This document shows, piece after piece, positions 29,800 through 40,485 of a stretch of 64,000 nt of DNA. The translations under genes and the position numbers were made by a program. The DNA is taken from positions 32,001-96,000 of the forward strand of contig JBBQRQ010000003.1 of NCBI GenBank assembly GCA_038214755.1, written 5' to 3'. Positions within the stretch are counted from its first letter, which is position 1; every line of letters starts with the position of its first letter. This DNA comes from Verrucomicrobiota bacterium (GTDB taxonomy: Bacteria; Verrucomicrobiota; Verrucomicrobiia; Limisphaerales; CANJXF01). The notes beneath the pieces are model-generated. The model was not told the origin of the DNA. It saw nothing but the letters and a program-made list of their open reading frames with translations, and did not search any database.

Positions 29800-31420
29800 C
29801 AGCCTGTCGGACTTAGCCGAAAGATTTTTTAAAAATTTTTGAATGCGAGGAGGCGTGCGAGCATCAGTAAAATATGCCTGCACGATTCGTCAATCTCGAC
29901 CGCCAAACACCGATGTTCCTGCCGTGCGATCTGCGGGATTGGATTCCCGACGGTCACATCGTTCACTTCATCCTGGAGGCCGTCGAGCAGATGCCCCTGG
30001 CCCATTTTCACGTCAATCATCGGGGCACCGGCAGCGAACAATACCCTCCGGCCATGATGCTGGCCCTGCTGATTTACTGTTAGGCCACCGGGCGCTTTGG
30101 CTCGCGCACCATCGAAGCGGCGACTTACAGCGACGTGGCCGTGCGCTACCTTTGCGCCAACACGCATCCCGATCACGATTCGATTTGCACGTTCCGCACC
30201 CAGCATGAAACGGCCTTTCGCGCGGCGTTTGTCCGCGTGCTGCAACTGGCGCAGGAATTGCGCCTGAGCAAAGTCGGGGCGGTCAGCGTGGATGGAACCA
30301 AAATTCAAGCCAACGCCAGCAAACATGCGGCGGTGAGCTATCAGCGCGCCGGTGAAATGATCGCGCAATTGGAACTGGAAGTGAATCAACTGCTGGAGCG
30401 GGCCCAACAAGCCGAGGCGCAGGAAAGCCAGGAGCCGCTGGACATCCCCGCCGAACTTAAACGGCGCGAGAACCGTAAAGCGGCGTTGCAAAAAGCGCGG
30501 CAGATCATCGAGGAACGGGCCAAGGAAATGGCCGCGGCGCAGCAAGCCGACTACGAAGCCAAACAGGCGGCGCGACAACAGCAACGCGACGCGGGGAAAA
30601 AGCCGCGCGGCAAGGAGCCAAAGCCACCGAGTGCGGAGCCTGAGCCCAAAGCGCAATATAATTTTACCGATCCGCAGAGCCGGATCATGAAAGCCGGCAG
30701 CGGGAACCATTTCGAGCAGGCGTATAACGCGCAAGCGGCGGTGGACCAAGCGATGTTGATTGTGGGAGAGCGAGTGAGCGAGGCTCCCAATGACAAAGAG
30801 GAACTGGCGCCGACGGTGGCAGCGATCAGCCCGGTGGTGGCAGCCGAAGTCAAGGCGGTGTTGGCGGACAGCGGATTTTACAGCGAGGCGGCGGTGGCGG
30901 CGGTGGAGCAAAACGCCGATGGGACACCGAGCGGTCTCACGGTTTATGCGGCGGTGGAAAAACATTCCCATCACAAAACGGTGGAAGACTTATTGCCGCA
31001 AGCCGAACCTGATGCGCCGGGATCGGAAGCTGGCGCCAAAGAGAAGATGGCGCACCGATTGAAAACGGAGAAGGGAAAGGCGCTTTACAAATTACGCAAG
31101 CAAACGGTGGAGCCGGTGTTTGGGATCATCAAGGAAGTGATGGGCTTTCGGAGGTTTTTACTGAGGGGGCGGGCGAAAGTAAGTTTGGAATGGACGCTGG
31201 TGTGCGTGAGTTACAATCTCAAGCGGTTGTTCGCGCTCAAAAACCTGGCGATGGCGGGATAAAAAGGAGCCCAAGCGGTCGGGTTGGGCAAAAAGAGGGA
31301 GGAACGATGTCCCAAAGCGTATCCGGGCCATGATGAGATAACTAAAAATGAATTTTCCCAGCGGGCTGGCAACATACAAAAACCCGCGACTGAAATTTTT
31401 TTCTCAAGCCCGACAGGCTG
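29800..31420 (+). mobile_element. IS1182-family insertion sequence
   Basis: TIRs CAGCCTGTCGGACTT / AAGCCCGACAGGCTG; CTAG on both sides (29796-29799, 31421-31424). Confidence 0.9.
29874..31262 (+). pseudogene. IS1182 DDE transposase with in-frame TAG at 30081-30083
   Basis: YPPAMMLALLIYC*ATG, PDHDSIC.FR, VDGTKIQANAS, TDPQSRIM, YNAQ, LADSGF, RKQTVEPVFG.IK. Confidence 0.9.
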
Positions 31421-32509
31421 CTAGAGGATCCCCAACAAGTATTTGAAGCTGCCTTTGCTGCGGATGGAAACTTCCTGGTGACCTCAGGTAAACATCATGC
31501 CCGGCTATATCAACTGAAGGTGGACGGTGAGAAGTTGAGCCTGCTCGGACACACTCGCGCCGTCCCCGGAGTCGCTTTCAGTCCCGATGGAACTCAGCTT
31601 GCCTCTGTCAGCCCAGACAAGACCGTGAGAGCATGGGATGCGGTTACAGGTCGCAAAGTTTGGGACGATGTCGCACTTCCAGGGCGTGGCCAAGCCTTGG
31701 CCTACAGCCCGGACGGAGAGTTGTTAGCGGCTGCCGATTTACAGACCCATTGGGTATGGGTGTTGGATGCCCGCACTGGAAAGCGGCTCCTCGAATTGGG
31801 AACGAACGAATATGGCGCGACGCACTCGGTCCAGTTCAGTCCAGACGGTCGCTGCTTGGCAACTGCGAGCTCTGTTCACGGAATCGAAGTTTGGGCGATT
31901 GAGCGCCGGGCACTTACAAATGGAGGAATTGGCGTCATCGCCTCAGTCGTAAAATCAACGCCTGGCCGCTTTCATAGCCTTGTTTTTGCACCAGACAGTC
32001 AAAAAATGGCATTCGTTGACTTTGGCGGTAGGACATGCCGCGTGTATGTCTGGCAACTTGATGGAGCAGGTCCCCCTCGCATCGTGGGGACCAACCTGCT
32101 GATGTCCCACCAGGCCGTGAGTTTCGGGAAGGACAGCCGCCATTTGCTGGTGGTCAATCGCAACCAAGATGTCGTCACCATAGATGCGGAGACAGAAAGT
32201 GAGATTTCTTCCTTTCCAACTGTCGATCCCGAGCGCGAGGGAACTGGGAATGGCTTGTTAAGCCTTTGCCTCAGCCCCGACGGAACCAAACTCGCCGGGA
32301 CGTCTATTGACCACCTTGCCGTTGATATCTGGGACCGGAATACCCGTCGGCTTTTATATTCACTTCCAGCGCAGAAGGGCTCAGTCTGGTGGCTGGCTTG
32401 GAGCGCCGACAGCCAGCGCCTCGCCGTCTCTCGGGCCAACAGCGACATCGCGGTTTGGAACCTCAAGGAGGTCGAGCAGGTTCTTGCCAAACTGGGATTA
32501 AATCCATGA
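31421..32509 (+). pseudogene. WD40-repeat C-terminal fragment, probably of a Ser/Thr kinase-WD40 protein
   Basis: GHT.AV.GVAFSPDG.QLAS...D.TVRAWD and further SPDG repeats; frame open from the IS boundary with no convincing start. Confidence 0.8.
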
Positions 32510-32540
32510 TCGCCCTCGAAGCATGCCATCATTCCGCTGC

Positions 32541-33101
32541 ATGAGCGACGTCACTCAAATCCTCGACGCGATGCAGCAAGGCAATCCCAAAGCCGCCGAT
32601 GAATTGCTGCCGCTCGTCTATCAGGAACTGCGCCGGCTCGCAGCGTCCAAGATGGCGAACGAATCGCCCGGGCAAACGCTCCAGCCCACCGCACTGGTAC
32701 ACGAAGCGTGGTTGAAACTCGTCGGCAATGAGCCACAGGCGTGGCAAAACCGCGCCCACTTTTTCGGCGCGGCAGCGGAGGCGATGCGCCGTATCCTCAT
32801 CGACAATGCCCGTCGCAAAAAGGCCCTCCGCCACGGCGGTGGCCAGCAGCGATTGGATATTCAGGAACTCGAAATCGCCGTCGACACGGCAGACGATCAA
32901 CTTCTCTCGGTGAACGAAGCTTTGGACAAACTTGCGGCCCAAGACAAAGAGGCCGCCGACTTGGTCAAACTGCGTTACTTCGTTGGCATGACAATTCAGG
33001 AAGCTGCGCAAACTTTGGGCATTGGAGAAGCGACGGCCTATCGTTACTGGGCTTACGCGCGCGCCTGGCTCTTCAAGGAAATCAAATCACAACCTAAGTG
33101 A
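32541..33101 (+). CDS. ECF sigma-70 factor (TIGR02999 type)
   Basis: MSDVTQIL..AADELLPLVYQELRRLA..GQTLQPTALVHEAW..HFFGAAAEAMRRILID..WAYARAWL. Confidence 0.93.
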   Translation: MSDVTQILDAMQQGNPKAADELLPLVYQELRRLAASKMANESPGQTLQPTALVHEAWLKLVGNEPQAWQNRAHFFGAAAEAMRRILIDNARRKKALRHGGGQQRLDIQELEIAVDTADDQLLSVNEALDKLAAQDKEAADLVKLRYFVGMTIQEAAQTLGIGEATAYRYWAYARAWLFKEIKSQPK

Positions 33102-33458
33102 CACAATCAACTCGGCGCGAAAACTTTGTTCGCAACCCATTACCATGAACTGACCGAACTGGCCGCGCGTTTGCCGCGCCTCAAAAATTTCAACGTCGCG
33201 GTCCGCGAATGGAACGATCAAATTGTTTTCCTGCGAAAAATTGTCGAAGGCGGCGCGGACAAAAGTTACGGCATTCAAGTGGCGCGCCTCGCCGGTGTTC
33301 CCAAATCGGTGTTGGAACGAGCCAAGGAAGTTTTGCGGAATCTCGAAGACTCCGAACTCACGCCCGAAGGGAAGATTCGATCCTCATCGCCGCTGCGGGC
33401 CGAGCGTGAAAAGCTAAAAAAACTACCTCCCTCTTTGCAGATGGATTTATTCGGCTAG
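33102..33458 (+). pseudogene. mutS: 3' fragment of DNA mismatch repair gene mutS (~118 codons)
   Basis: [42 protein letters not shown]-terminal clamp-binding-like QMDLF; starts immediately after the ECF stop. Confidence 0.9.
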
Positions 33459-33631
33459 GAAAAAATAGAGCGCCCTTTGCGCCAATGGAGTCAACACGGC
33501 GAGCGGGCTCGGAGCCGTTCTCAACTTTGCCGCTTGATGCAAAAATAAAATTTTAACTTCTGCTTCCCACTTTCGCGACGGGCTGTTAGGGGTAACTCCG
33601 AAATCCGTTTGGATTTCCGGCGCAAATTAAA

Positions 33632-35677
33632 ATGGATTCCAAACCGATCAAAGTTTTGTTGGTGGAGGACAACCCCGATGACGTTGCTCTTCTGGAAATC
33701 GCTTTGCGGAAATCCTCCGGAGCGCGATTTCAACTCGAATCCGTTGAGAGTCTGCAAAAAGCTTTGGCGCGATTAGAGCGGGGAAATATCGACGTCATCC
33801 TGCTTGATTTATCTCTAGTGGATAGTCGAGTTCTTGAAACTTTTTCGGTCCTTCAGGCCAAGGCCCCTGAAGTTCCCATCATCGTCCTGAGCGGGCTGGA
33901 TGATGAAACGATGGCCCTCAACGCTGTTCACGCGGGGGCGCAGGATTATCTGGTCAAAGGCCGGGTTGACAGCCAACTCATCAGCCGCTCGATGATTTAC
34001 GCCATTGAACGGGCGCAAGCTAAAGTCGCTCTGTTTAAAGCGGAGGAAAAATTTCGCAGCATTTTCGAAAATGCGGTGGAAGGAATTTTTCAAACGACCC
34101 CGGACGGACGCTATTTGAGCGCGAATCCGGCGCTCACGCGGATTTATGGATATAGCTCGCCGGAAGAATTAATAGCGTCCCTGACCAACATCGAAAAATC
34201 ACTGTATGTCGATCCACATCGGCGCGCGGATTTTATCAAGTTGATGCAGGAGAATGGCGTGGTAACAGATTTTGAATCTCAAATTTATCGCAAGGACGGG
34301 AGCATCATCTGGATTTCTGAAAATGCGCGGGCGGTGCGGGACCAGCAGGGGAAACTGATCTATTACGAAGGGTTGGTTGAAGACATTACCAAACGAAAAT
34401 TGACGGAAGAAACGCTGCGGTTTTCCGAGATGCGATTTCGTTCGGTTTGGGAAAATGCGTCCGATGGAATGCGTTTGACCGACGCGCACGGAACTATTCT
34501 CGCGGTCAATTCCTCCTTTTGTAAAATCGTTGGAATGTCTGCGGAGGAACTGGAAGGCAAACCGTTCACCGCCGTTTATTCAGAGCAGGAAGACCTCGCC
34601 GAGATGGTGGAAAAATATAAAGAACGATTCGCCGAAAGAAAAATTGACACCCAATTGGAACGGCACGTGATCTTTCGCTCCGGCAAGTCCGCCGATCTGG
34701 AATTGTCCAATTCGTTCGTCGCTCTGGCGCATAAAGATTCGTTGCTCCTCAGTGTCTTTCACGACATCACCGTGCGGCGTCAAGCAGAGGAGCGCGCGCG
34801 CCAGGCCAACCTTGAACTGGCCCGCAGTCAGGCTGAGTTGCGCAAAAAAAATGAGATGATGGAAGATGACCTGCTCATGGCGCACGAAATCCAGCAGGCC
34901 ATTCTTCCGCAGCAATACCCAACCTTCCCGCCCGAGGTGGCCCCTGAAAAGAGTTTGATTCGATTCTGTCATCGTTATCACCCGACCGGCCAGGTGGGCG
35001 GGGATTTTTTCACGGTGTTGCCGCTGTCCGAAACCAAAGCCGGCTTGTTTATTTGCGACGTGATGGGTCACGGCGTTCGCTCCGCGCTGGTCACGGCGAT
35101 GGTGCGAGCGATGGTTGAGGAATTAAAATCAGTCGCGGCAGATCCAGGCGAATTGTTGGCGCGCATTAATCGGGATCTTCGCGCCATTCTGCAGCAGACG
35201 GGAACGCCGCTGTTCACCACCGCTTTTTATCTCATCGCTGATGTCGAGAGCCGTCAATTTTTTTACGCCAATGCCGGGCATCCCAAACCTTTTTTGATTC
35301 ATCGCGGATCAAACACGGTCGAATTGTTGAAAAATGCCGACGGAAAATCGCGACCGGCTTTGGGCCTTTTGCAAGACTCGGTTTATCCCACGGCCCGTGT
35401 GCCGATGCTCCCCGGCGATCTGGTGATGCTTTTTACCGACGGCCTTTATGAAATCGAAGGCGCAGATGAAGAACAATACAACCCGGACCTTTTATTATTA
35501 GCGGTGAAAAAACATTCGGAAAAATCGTGCGCCGATTTGTTTGACGCGCTTCTGGCGGAGGTGCAAAAGTTTTCCACGACCAAAGAATTTGCGGATGACG
35601 TTTGTCTGGTCGCGGTGGAAATTGCCGAGGCGCTTCCTCCTCCGTGCAATCCTGCGCTCCAACGCATCCTGCCGTAG
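33632..35677 (+). CDS. REC-PAS-PAS-PP2C (SpoIIE/RsbU-like) phosphatase
   Basis: VLLVEDNPDD..ILLDL; two PAS domains; VGGDFF, CDVMGHG, NAGHP, LFTDG, DDVC. Confidence 0.93.
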   Translation: MDSKPIKVLLVEDNPDDVALLEIALRKSSGARFQLESVESLQKALARLERGNIDVILLDLSLVDSRVLETFSVLQAKAPEVPIIVLSGLDDETMALNAVHAGAQDYLVKGRVDSQLISRSMIYAIERAQAKVALFKAEEKFRSIFENAVEGIFQTTPDGRYLSANPALTRIYGYSSPEELIASLTNIEKSLYVDPHRRADFIKLMQENGVVTDFESQIYRKDGSIIWISENARAVRDQQGKLIYYEGLVEDITKRKLTEETLRFSEMRFRSVWENASDGMRLTDAHGTILAVNSSFCKIVGMSAEELEGKPFTAVYSEQEDLAEMVEKYKERFAERKIDTQLERHVIFRSGKSADLELSNSFVALAHKDSLLLSVFHDITVRRQAEERARQANLELARSQAELRKKNEMMEDDLLMAHEIQQAILPQQYPTFPPEVAPEKSLIRFCHRYHPTGQVGGDFFTVLPLSETKAGLFICDVMGHGVRSALVTAMVRAMVEELKSVAADPGELLARINRDLRAILQQTGTPLFTTAFYLIADVESRQFFYANAGHPKPFLIHRGSNTVELLKNADGKSRPALGLLQDSVYPTARVPMLPGDLVMLFTDGLYEIEGADEEQYNPDLLLLAVKKHSEKSCADLFDALLAEVQKFSTTKEFADDVCLVAVEIAEALPPPCNPALQRILP

Positions 35678-35800
35678 CGCAGGTTTTCCACCTGCGGGGC
35701 GCTGCCAAAACCGGAGATTTTCGAACGGAATACTTTCTTTTATTTGCAACGTTCCGCCGGTTTCAAACCGGCGATACAGCAGGATACATCCTGCGCTACG
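35674..35800. repeat. REP doublet (GTAGCGCAG family); its TAG is the upstream stop codon
   Basis: gtagcgcaggttttccacctgc ... gcaggatacatcctgcgctac; relatives at 14125-14276, 36905-37015, 40342-40458. Confidence 0.8.
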
Positions 35801-35887
35801 TGACCTTCACCTGAGTCACGCCGGATCATCGCGCCTATTGACAACGCTGCTTGATGAGCCGAAATTTTTTTCGTTAAGGAGAATTTT

Positions 35888-36298
35888 ATGAAACAAGTTT
35901 TTAATTTCGCAATCGGCCTCTCGGTCTCTTTGGCTCTCAACGCATTTGCGCAAACGACCACGGGTCCGGCTCCTGTCGCAGCAACAGCGCGTCCGGTCAC
36001 TGGTCTGGCGCCAAACGCGGTTTCTGGTTTTGCGCCAAAGCCGGTGAGTGGGTTTACGTCGCGGCCCGTCAGCGGATTTTCGCAATCGCCAGTGACAGGC
36101 TTCGCCAATCAACCTGCATCGTCACCGATAACTACTGCATCGCCGTTGTCCTCTCCCATCTCGGGAAATAATCCGCTGGCGCGTCCCAATGTTCTCACGC
36201 CCAGTCCAAACGTTGTCGTCGTGCCGCAAACTCGCCTTGCTCCGGCGCGTCCGGTTTTCACGACGGGAACGAATCGCATTTTGACTCCGTTGTTTTGA
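35888..36298 (+). CDS. Small secreted Pro/Ser/Thr-rich protein with 8-aa repeats
   Basis: AAGGAG RBS, signal peptide ending AFA, repeats PVTGLAPN/AVSGFAPK/PVSGFTSR/PVSGFSQS/PVTGFANQ. Confidence 0.7.
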   Translation: MKQVFNFAIGLSVSLALNAFAQTTTGPAPVAATARPVTGLAPNAVSGFAPKPVSGFTSRPVSGFSQSPVTGFANQPASSPITTASPLSSPISGNNPLARPNVLTPSPNVVVVPQTRLAPARPVFTTGTNRILTPLF

Positions 36299-36300
36299 AA

Positions 36301-36487
36301 TTAAGGGCGTGTTGCCCAAACCGTAGGGCAGGCTTTCGAGCCTGCCGGTTACGAAACTTTCCAGTTTCGTGAAAATAAGTTGAGGTTTTTTCACACATAT
36401 CCGCGGGACTAGAAAGTCCCCGGAACCGGCAGGCTGGAAAGCCTGCCCCACAATCTATGGAAAAACATTTGGCCAACGCGCCCTTAA
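36301..36487. mobile_element. MITE-like composite: TTAA-bounded IR GGGCGTGTTG enclosing a GTAGGGCAG REP doublet
   Basis: ttaagggcgtgttgcccaaa ... tttggccaacgcgcccttaa. Confidence 0.72.
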
Positions 36488-36861
36488 GTTCCGCTCTTGG
36501 CGAAATTGGGGTTTTGCGCGAACGCGAATTCGGAGACAATTTTTCCTTCGATTAAATGTTCTTGAATGATGCGTTCCAACACGGCGGGCGAACAGGAGTG
36601 ATACCACGTGCCCTCGGGATAAACGACGGCGATTGGCCCGTTTTGACAAACGCGAAGGCAATTGACTTTGCTGCGATAAACCAACGGTTCGGCTCCAGCG
36701 AGATTGAGTTCCTTCAATCTTTTCTTTAAAAATTCCCAGGACTCCAATCCTTCTTTTTTCGCGCAACATTTTGGTTCGGTTTGGTCCGCGCAGAGGAAGA
36801 TATGCCGCGTATATCGGGTCAGACCCAACGTTTCTGCCGCATTGATTAATTCGTTTTTCAT
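36484..36861 (-). CDS. Thioredoxin-like [2Fe-2S] ferredoxin
   Basis: [43 protein letters not shown]. Confidence 0.9.
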   Translation of the reverse strand: MKNELINAAETLGLTRYTRHIFLCADQTEPKCCAKKEGLESWEFLKKRLKELNLAGAEPLVYRSKVNCLRVCQNGPIAVVYPEGTWYHSCSPAVLERIIQEHLIEGKIVSEFAFAQNPNFAKSGT

Positions 36862-37030
36862 TCGGCGATACTGTCAAAATTCTTGAACCGGGATTTGCGC
36901 TGGACGTAGCGCAGCTTTGCAAGCTGCTGTATCGCCGGTTTGCAACCGGCAGTGCTTGGCCACGGTCCAGCAGGTTGCAAACCTGCGATACGGCAGGTTA
37001 AAAACCTGCGCTACGTTTTTTTTGGAGCGA

Positions 37031-37858
37031 TTAAAGTCCTCGTTCCGTCGGTGACCAAACTATTCCCGGCAAAGAGTCGGCGCGTTCATCGCGTTTTGGC
37101 GTGTGATGAAGAGCTTTTTCGGAACGCGCCAGCAAATCAAGCAACGCATCCGCCACCGCTTTCGGCGACTCCAAAGGCGACGCATGTCCGACACCGGGAA
37201 GTTCAATATAATTTGCTCCGGGAATAATTTGAGAAAGTTGCCGGGCGCGATCCGGTGGAATTATTTTGTCCTCGGCTCCATGCAGAATCAAAGTGGGCAC
37301 GCCCAACTTTTTTGCGATCTCAGTGCGATCCGGCCGCCGCGCCATCGCTTCCAGCGCCCAACACATTCCATCGACGCCCGCACGCTCTGCGCCGTCCAGC
37401 GCGATCCGGTTCAATTCGGCTTTGCTTTGATTTGCCGCCGCAAAAAGTTTTGGCAGCAAAGCGTCCACCGCAGGTTTGGTCCCTTCGCGACGAACTTTTT
37501 CAATCAGAGTTCGGCGCGCTTGCTTTCCTTCGTCCGAATCCGCCGCCGTTTGCGTGCTGATCAATCCGAGTCCCGCCACGCGCTCGCTGTGCCGCTCGGC
37601 CAAGGCGAGCGCCACATATCCGCCCAGGGACATTCCCGCGACAACGGCCTGACGAATTCCATGAAGCTCGAATATTTTGGCGAGATCATCCGCCGTCAAA
37701 TCGAGGGAAGGATCGCCTGTTAAAACTGGTTGAGACCCAAAACCGGGAAGATCAGGCGTAATTATTTTCGTTTTACTTTTGAGCGCGGCCACCACCGGAT
37801 TCCACATCGTGTGATCGAAGGGATAACCGTGAATTAAAATCAAAGGAGGCAGGGGCAT
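37031..37858 (-). CDS. Alpha/beta-fold hydrolase
   Basis: LIHGYP, PDLPGFG, GMSLGG, ILHGAEDKI, GHASPLE. Confidence 0.92.
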   Translation of the reverse strand: MPLPPLILIHGYPFDHTMWNPVVAALKSKTKIITPDLPGFGSQPVLTGDPSLDLTADDLAKIFELHGIRQAVVAGMSLGGYVALALAERHSERVAGLGLISTQTAADSDEGKQARRTLIEKVRREGTKPAVDALLPKLFAAANQSKAELNRIALDGAERAGVDGMCWALEAMARRPDRTEIAKKLGVPTLILHGAEDKIIPPDRARQLSQIIPGANYIELPGVGHASPLESPKAVADALLDLLARSEKALHHTPKRDERADSLPGIVWSPTERGL

Positions 37859-37914
37859 GGAATTGGATGATTGGATTGTTGGATTCTTGGATAGTTGGTT
37901 GGGAAGAATTTTTG

Positions 37915-39345
37915 CTACACGTTTTTATTTCTTCGATGCGAAGATTTGTTGCCCAATTCGCCAAAATATTTTTCCCACGTTTCCGTTTGCTCAGGCGATG
38001 CATCAAATGGATCGAGCAGATGCAGCGACTCGCCACCGTCCGCTCCCGTAATTTCCCAATCGATATAATAATCAACCGATTGTTTTCGCAAAAGTTGCAT
38101 GGCACGAGAGCGAACTTGCGCGCGCGTATTTTGTGGCGGAATCATTTTCGCTTCCACGATTTCCTCGTCAGGAATTTTCCACGCGGCGGGAGTTTGCGCT
38201 AGCGCCAGCCCGAGACTGCGCGCGGGATCGACGTTATGAAATTCCAAATCCTGCGACTTCAACCACGGATGGCTCCAATCAATTTTCTCCTGCTCCTTGA
38301 ATTGATTTAAAAGCCAGTGCTTGGTGATCCAATCCACCTGGCCGATGAGTTCGTCAGGTTTGCGGGCCAGCGAATCGAGCGTCGCGCCCCAAATTTTTAA
38401 CAGGTCATCCGTCTCCTTGTCGCGCCCGCGAAGCTCGGCCCGCGCCGCCTCGTGATATTGCTGCAAAATCCCGACCGCTTCCAAACATCGACCGTCGCTC
38501 AACGGGACGAGCCACGGGCCGGTGAGTTGATGAGCGAGCGTGCGAAACGTCATCACTGCATCGGCCAACATTATTTTTGGCAGGCAATCGAGTTCGAACA
38601 AATCCAGCACAAGCGAAGTCGTCCCCACTTTCAAAAGAAGCGTGGCCGGCAAGACATTGGTGTCGCCGTGCAAAAGATGGAGGCGTCGATACTTCCGAGC
38701 GTCGGCCAGCGGTTCGTCGCGAGTATTGATGATGGCGCGATTGAATTGGACCCATTCAAAAAGATCGTTGTTGATGTAATCGGCGCGCTGGCTGATCTGA
38801 AAAACATTGTCCGCGCCAGGCCGGGTGAATTCTCCGCGAGACTCCGCCGCCAGCGTCGCGCCAACCCGTCCTGCGCTGACGTAAAGAAGTCGCAAAGTAA
38901 GAAACGCCAGCAGTGAATGGACATTGGTTTCCGTCAGAGGAGCCGAGCGGCGCACCAGATAATTTTCGTGGCAGCCGAAAGTCGCGCCGGAATAATGATC
39001 GATATTGTTCCGAATGAAACTTACGTCTCGATCCAGCCGCAAATCTTTCAACGCGTCCAACAGAATGGCGTCGCCCGCCTGATCGTAACGAAGCACATCC
39101 AGGAGCGACATGCATTCGGGCGTGCAATATTCCAAATGCCCCATGTCGATGTAAGCGCGTCCGCCATTGAAAAGAAAACCGCCATTGCCCGCTGGCTCGT
39201 CCCAATCCCGCTGATGAACATCGATCAGGCCATGACGTTGCTCGCGAAAAATCCAGTCGCGCACCCGCGTCACCGCGCCGGGAATGCCTGGCGTATCGTT
39301 TGTTAAACAGCCGTATTCGGTTTCAAGTCCAACCACGCGATTCAT
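37915..39345 (-). CDS. pafA: Pup/UBact-protein ligase (PafA family)
   Basis: GLETEYG, FLFNGGRAYIDMGHLEYCTPEC, GCHENY, FQISQRAD, IINTRDEP, RRLHL. Confidence 0.85.
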   Translation of the reverse strand: MNRVVGLETEYGCLTNDTPGIPGAVTRVRDWIFREQRHGLIDVHQRDWDEPAGNGGFLFNGGRAYIDMGHLEYCTPECMSLLDVLRYDQAGDAILLDALKDLRLDRDVSFIRNNIDHYSGATFGCHENYLVRRSAPLTETNVHSLLAFLTLRLLYVSAGRVGATLAAESRGEFTRPGADNVFQISQRADYINNDLFEWVQFNRAIINTRDEPLADARKYRRLHLLHGDTNVLPATLLLKVGTTSLVLDLFELDCLPKIMLADAVMTFRTLAHQLTGPWLVPLSDGRCLEAVGILQQYHEAARAELRGRDKETDDLLKIWGATLDSLARKPDELIGQVDWITKHWLLNQFKEQEKIDWSHPWLKSQDLEFHNVDPARSLGLALAQTPAAWKIPDEEIVEAKMIPPQNTRAQVRSRAMQLLRKQSVDYYIDWEITGADGGESLHLLDPFDASPEQTETWEKYFGELGNKSSHRRNKNV

Positions 39346-39360
39346 AAAACGCTTAACTTG

Positions 39361-39516
39361 TGCGCACCTTCACTGCTACCAAAGTAGAGGGGCAGACATC
39401 CTGTCTGCCAAGGGGTTTCCAGCCCCAAAGACAACGATTCGCGGGCAAGATGCCCGCTTGACAGGCTGGCAGCCTGCTCCACTATTCGTCCCAGCGTAGC
39501 AGTGGCAAGATACGCA
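39361..39516. mobile_element. MITE-like composite with GGGGCAGAC/GGCAGCCTGC core
   Basis: tgcgcaccttcactgctac ... gtagcagtggcaagatacgca; inverted relative of 41524-41685. Confidence 0.62.
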
Positions 39517-39544
39517 TCCTTCACTCCGTTCCGAAAAAATTCGG

Positions 39545-40282
39545 CTACAAATTCAAGTCCGCCAGGGTCAAAGATTCGTAACGCGCCAGCCGCGAGGTTT
39601 TTCGCGCGAGCCATCCTAGTTCGACGACTTTATCTTTCACTGCTTCCTTCCAGCCGGCGCGACGCTCTTCTTCCGATGGCACGGACTCAAAAGATTTATT
39701 GGCGATCAAACACCACCATGCCTGCAAAAGAAGATCAGCCATTTCGTCGCGCGAATTTTTTCCTTTGGCCGCTTCACTCAACCATTTGTGCGCGGCGGAC
39801 TCAGCCTCCGTCTGGCTGGCCGCGATGGCGATACCGCCATTTTGGGTTTGATAGGAACCATCGAAATGGAGCCGGACAATCAAATCGTGCTCGGGCGCGA
39901 GACCAATTTCCACCAGCAGCAATTCAACGAGAAACGGCGCGCTGAAGATTTGTTCGAAATTAATTTTAAGTTGCGGGCTTAATCCGAAACTGACCAGGCG
40001 GCGCAGGCTCACATCTTCGGGCGCGCGGGTGAATGCTTCCATGTGCGCGGCGTCGATGGCGGCCTGGCGAATTTTCTCGATGTCAGCAGGATGGCCAAGT
40101 CCGGCCAGCGCGTGACGATCGAACAACTCAAAAACTTTCGATTGGCCGCCGCCGACACCGAGCAGAAGAATTCCGTCGGGCAGACTCGCGGCGAAAACGG
40201 GCGAACCGCCCTTGAGTTGCTCGCGCACGTACTCGCGGCGATTCCCGACTGCTTCCAGCCAACGATATGGTTCTTCGGTCAT
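39545..40282 (-). CDS. prcA: 20S proteasome alpha subunit
   Basis: NRREYVREQLKGGSPV, SKVFELFDR, GHPADIEKIR; position between beta subunit and pafA. Confidence 0.85.
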   Translation of the reverse strand: MTEEPYRWLEAVGNRREYVREQLKGGSPVFAASLPDGILLLGVGGGQSKVFELFDRHALAGLGHPADIEKIRQAAIDAAHMEAFTRAPEDVSLRRLVSFGLSPQLKINFEQIFSAPFLVELLLVEIGLAPEHDLIVRLHFDGSYQTQNGGIAIAASQTEAESAAHKWLSEAAKGKNSRDEMADLLLQAWWCLIANKSFESVPSEEERRAGWKEAVKDKVVELGWLARKTSRLARYESLTLADLNL

Positions 40283-40289
40283 TTGTTAA

Positions 40290-40320
40290 ATTTACGATTT
40301 ACGATTTACGATTTACGATT
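40290..40320. repeat. Tandem heptamer (ATTTACG)x4
   Basis: atttacgatttacgatttacgatttacgatt. Confidence 0.85.
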
Positions 40321-40485
40321 CACGCAGATTTTGCATTCGATCGTAGCGCAGCTTTGCAAGCCGCTGTATCTCCGATTTGCAATCGGCAGGACGCTGGATT
40401 GAGCGACAGCCTACAGGTTGCAAACCTGTGATACGGCAGGTTAAAAACCTGCGCTACGATTTTCACGATTCAACGATTCAACGAT

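Noticed and set aside
12857..30083. Pyrrolysine/amber recoding suggested by a PylB-fold radical SAM plus in-frame TAGs at 20284 and 30081
   Set aside because: The enzyme motif is HydE-like and no pylS/C/D or tRNA-Pyl is visible. TAG is a normal stop for smc, icd and other genes here, and the transposase TAG replaces a usual Tyr.
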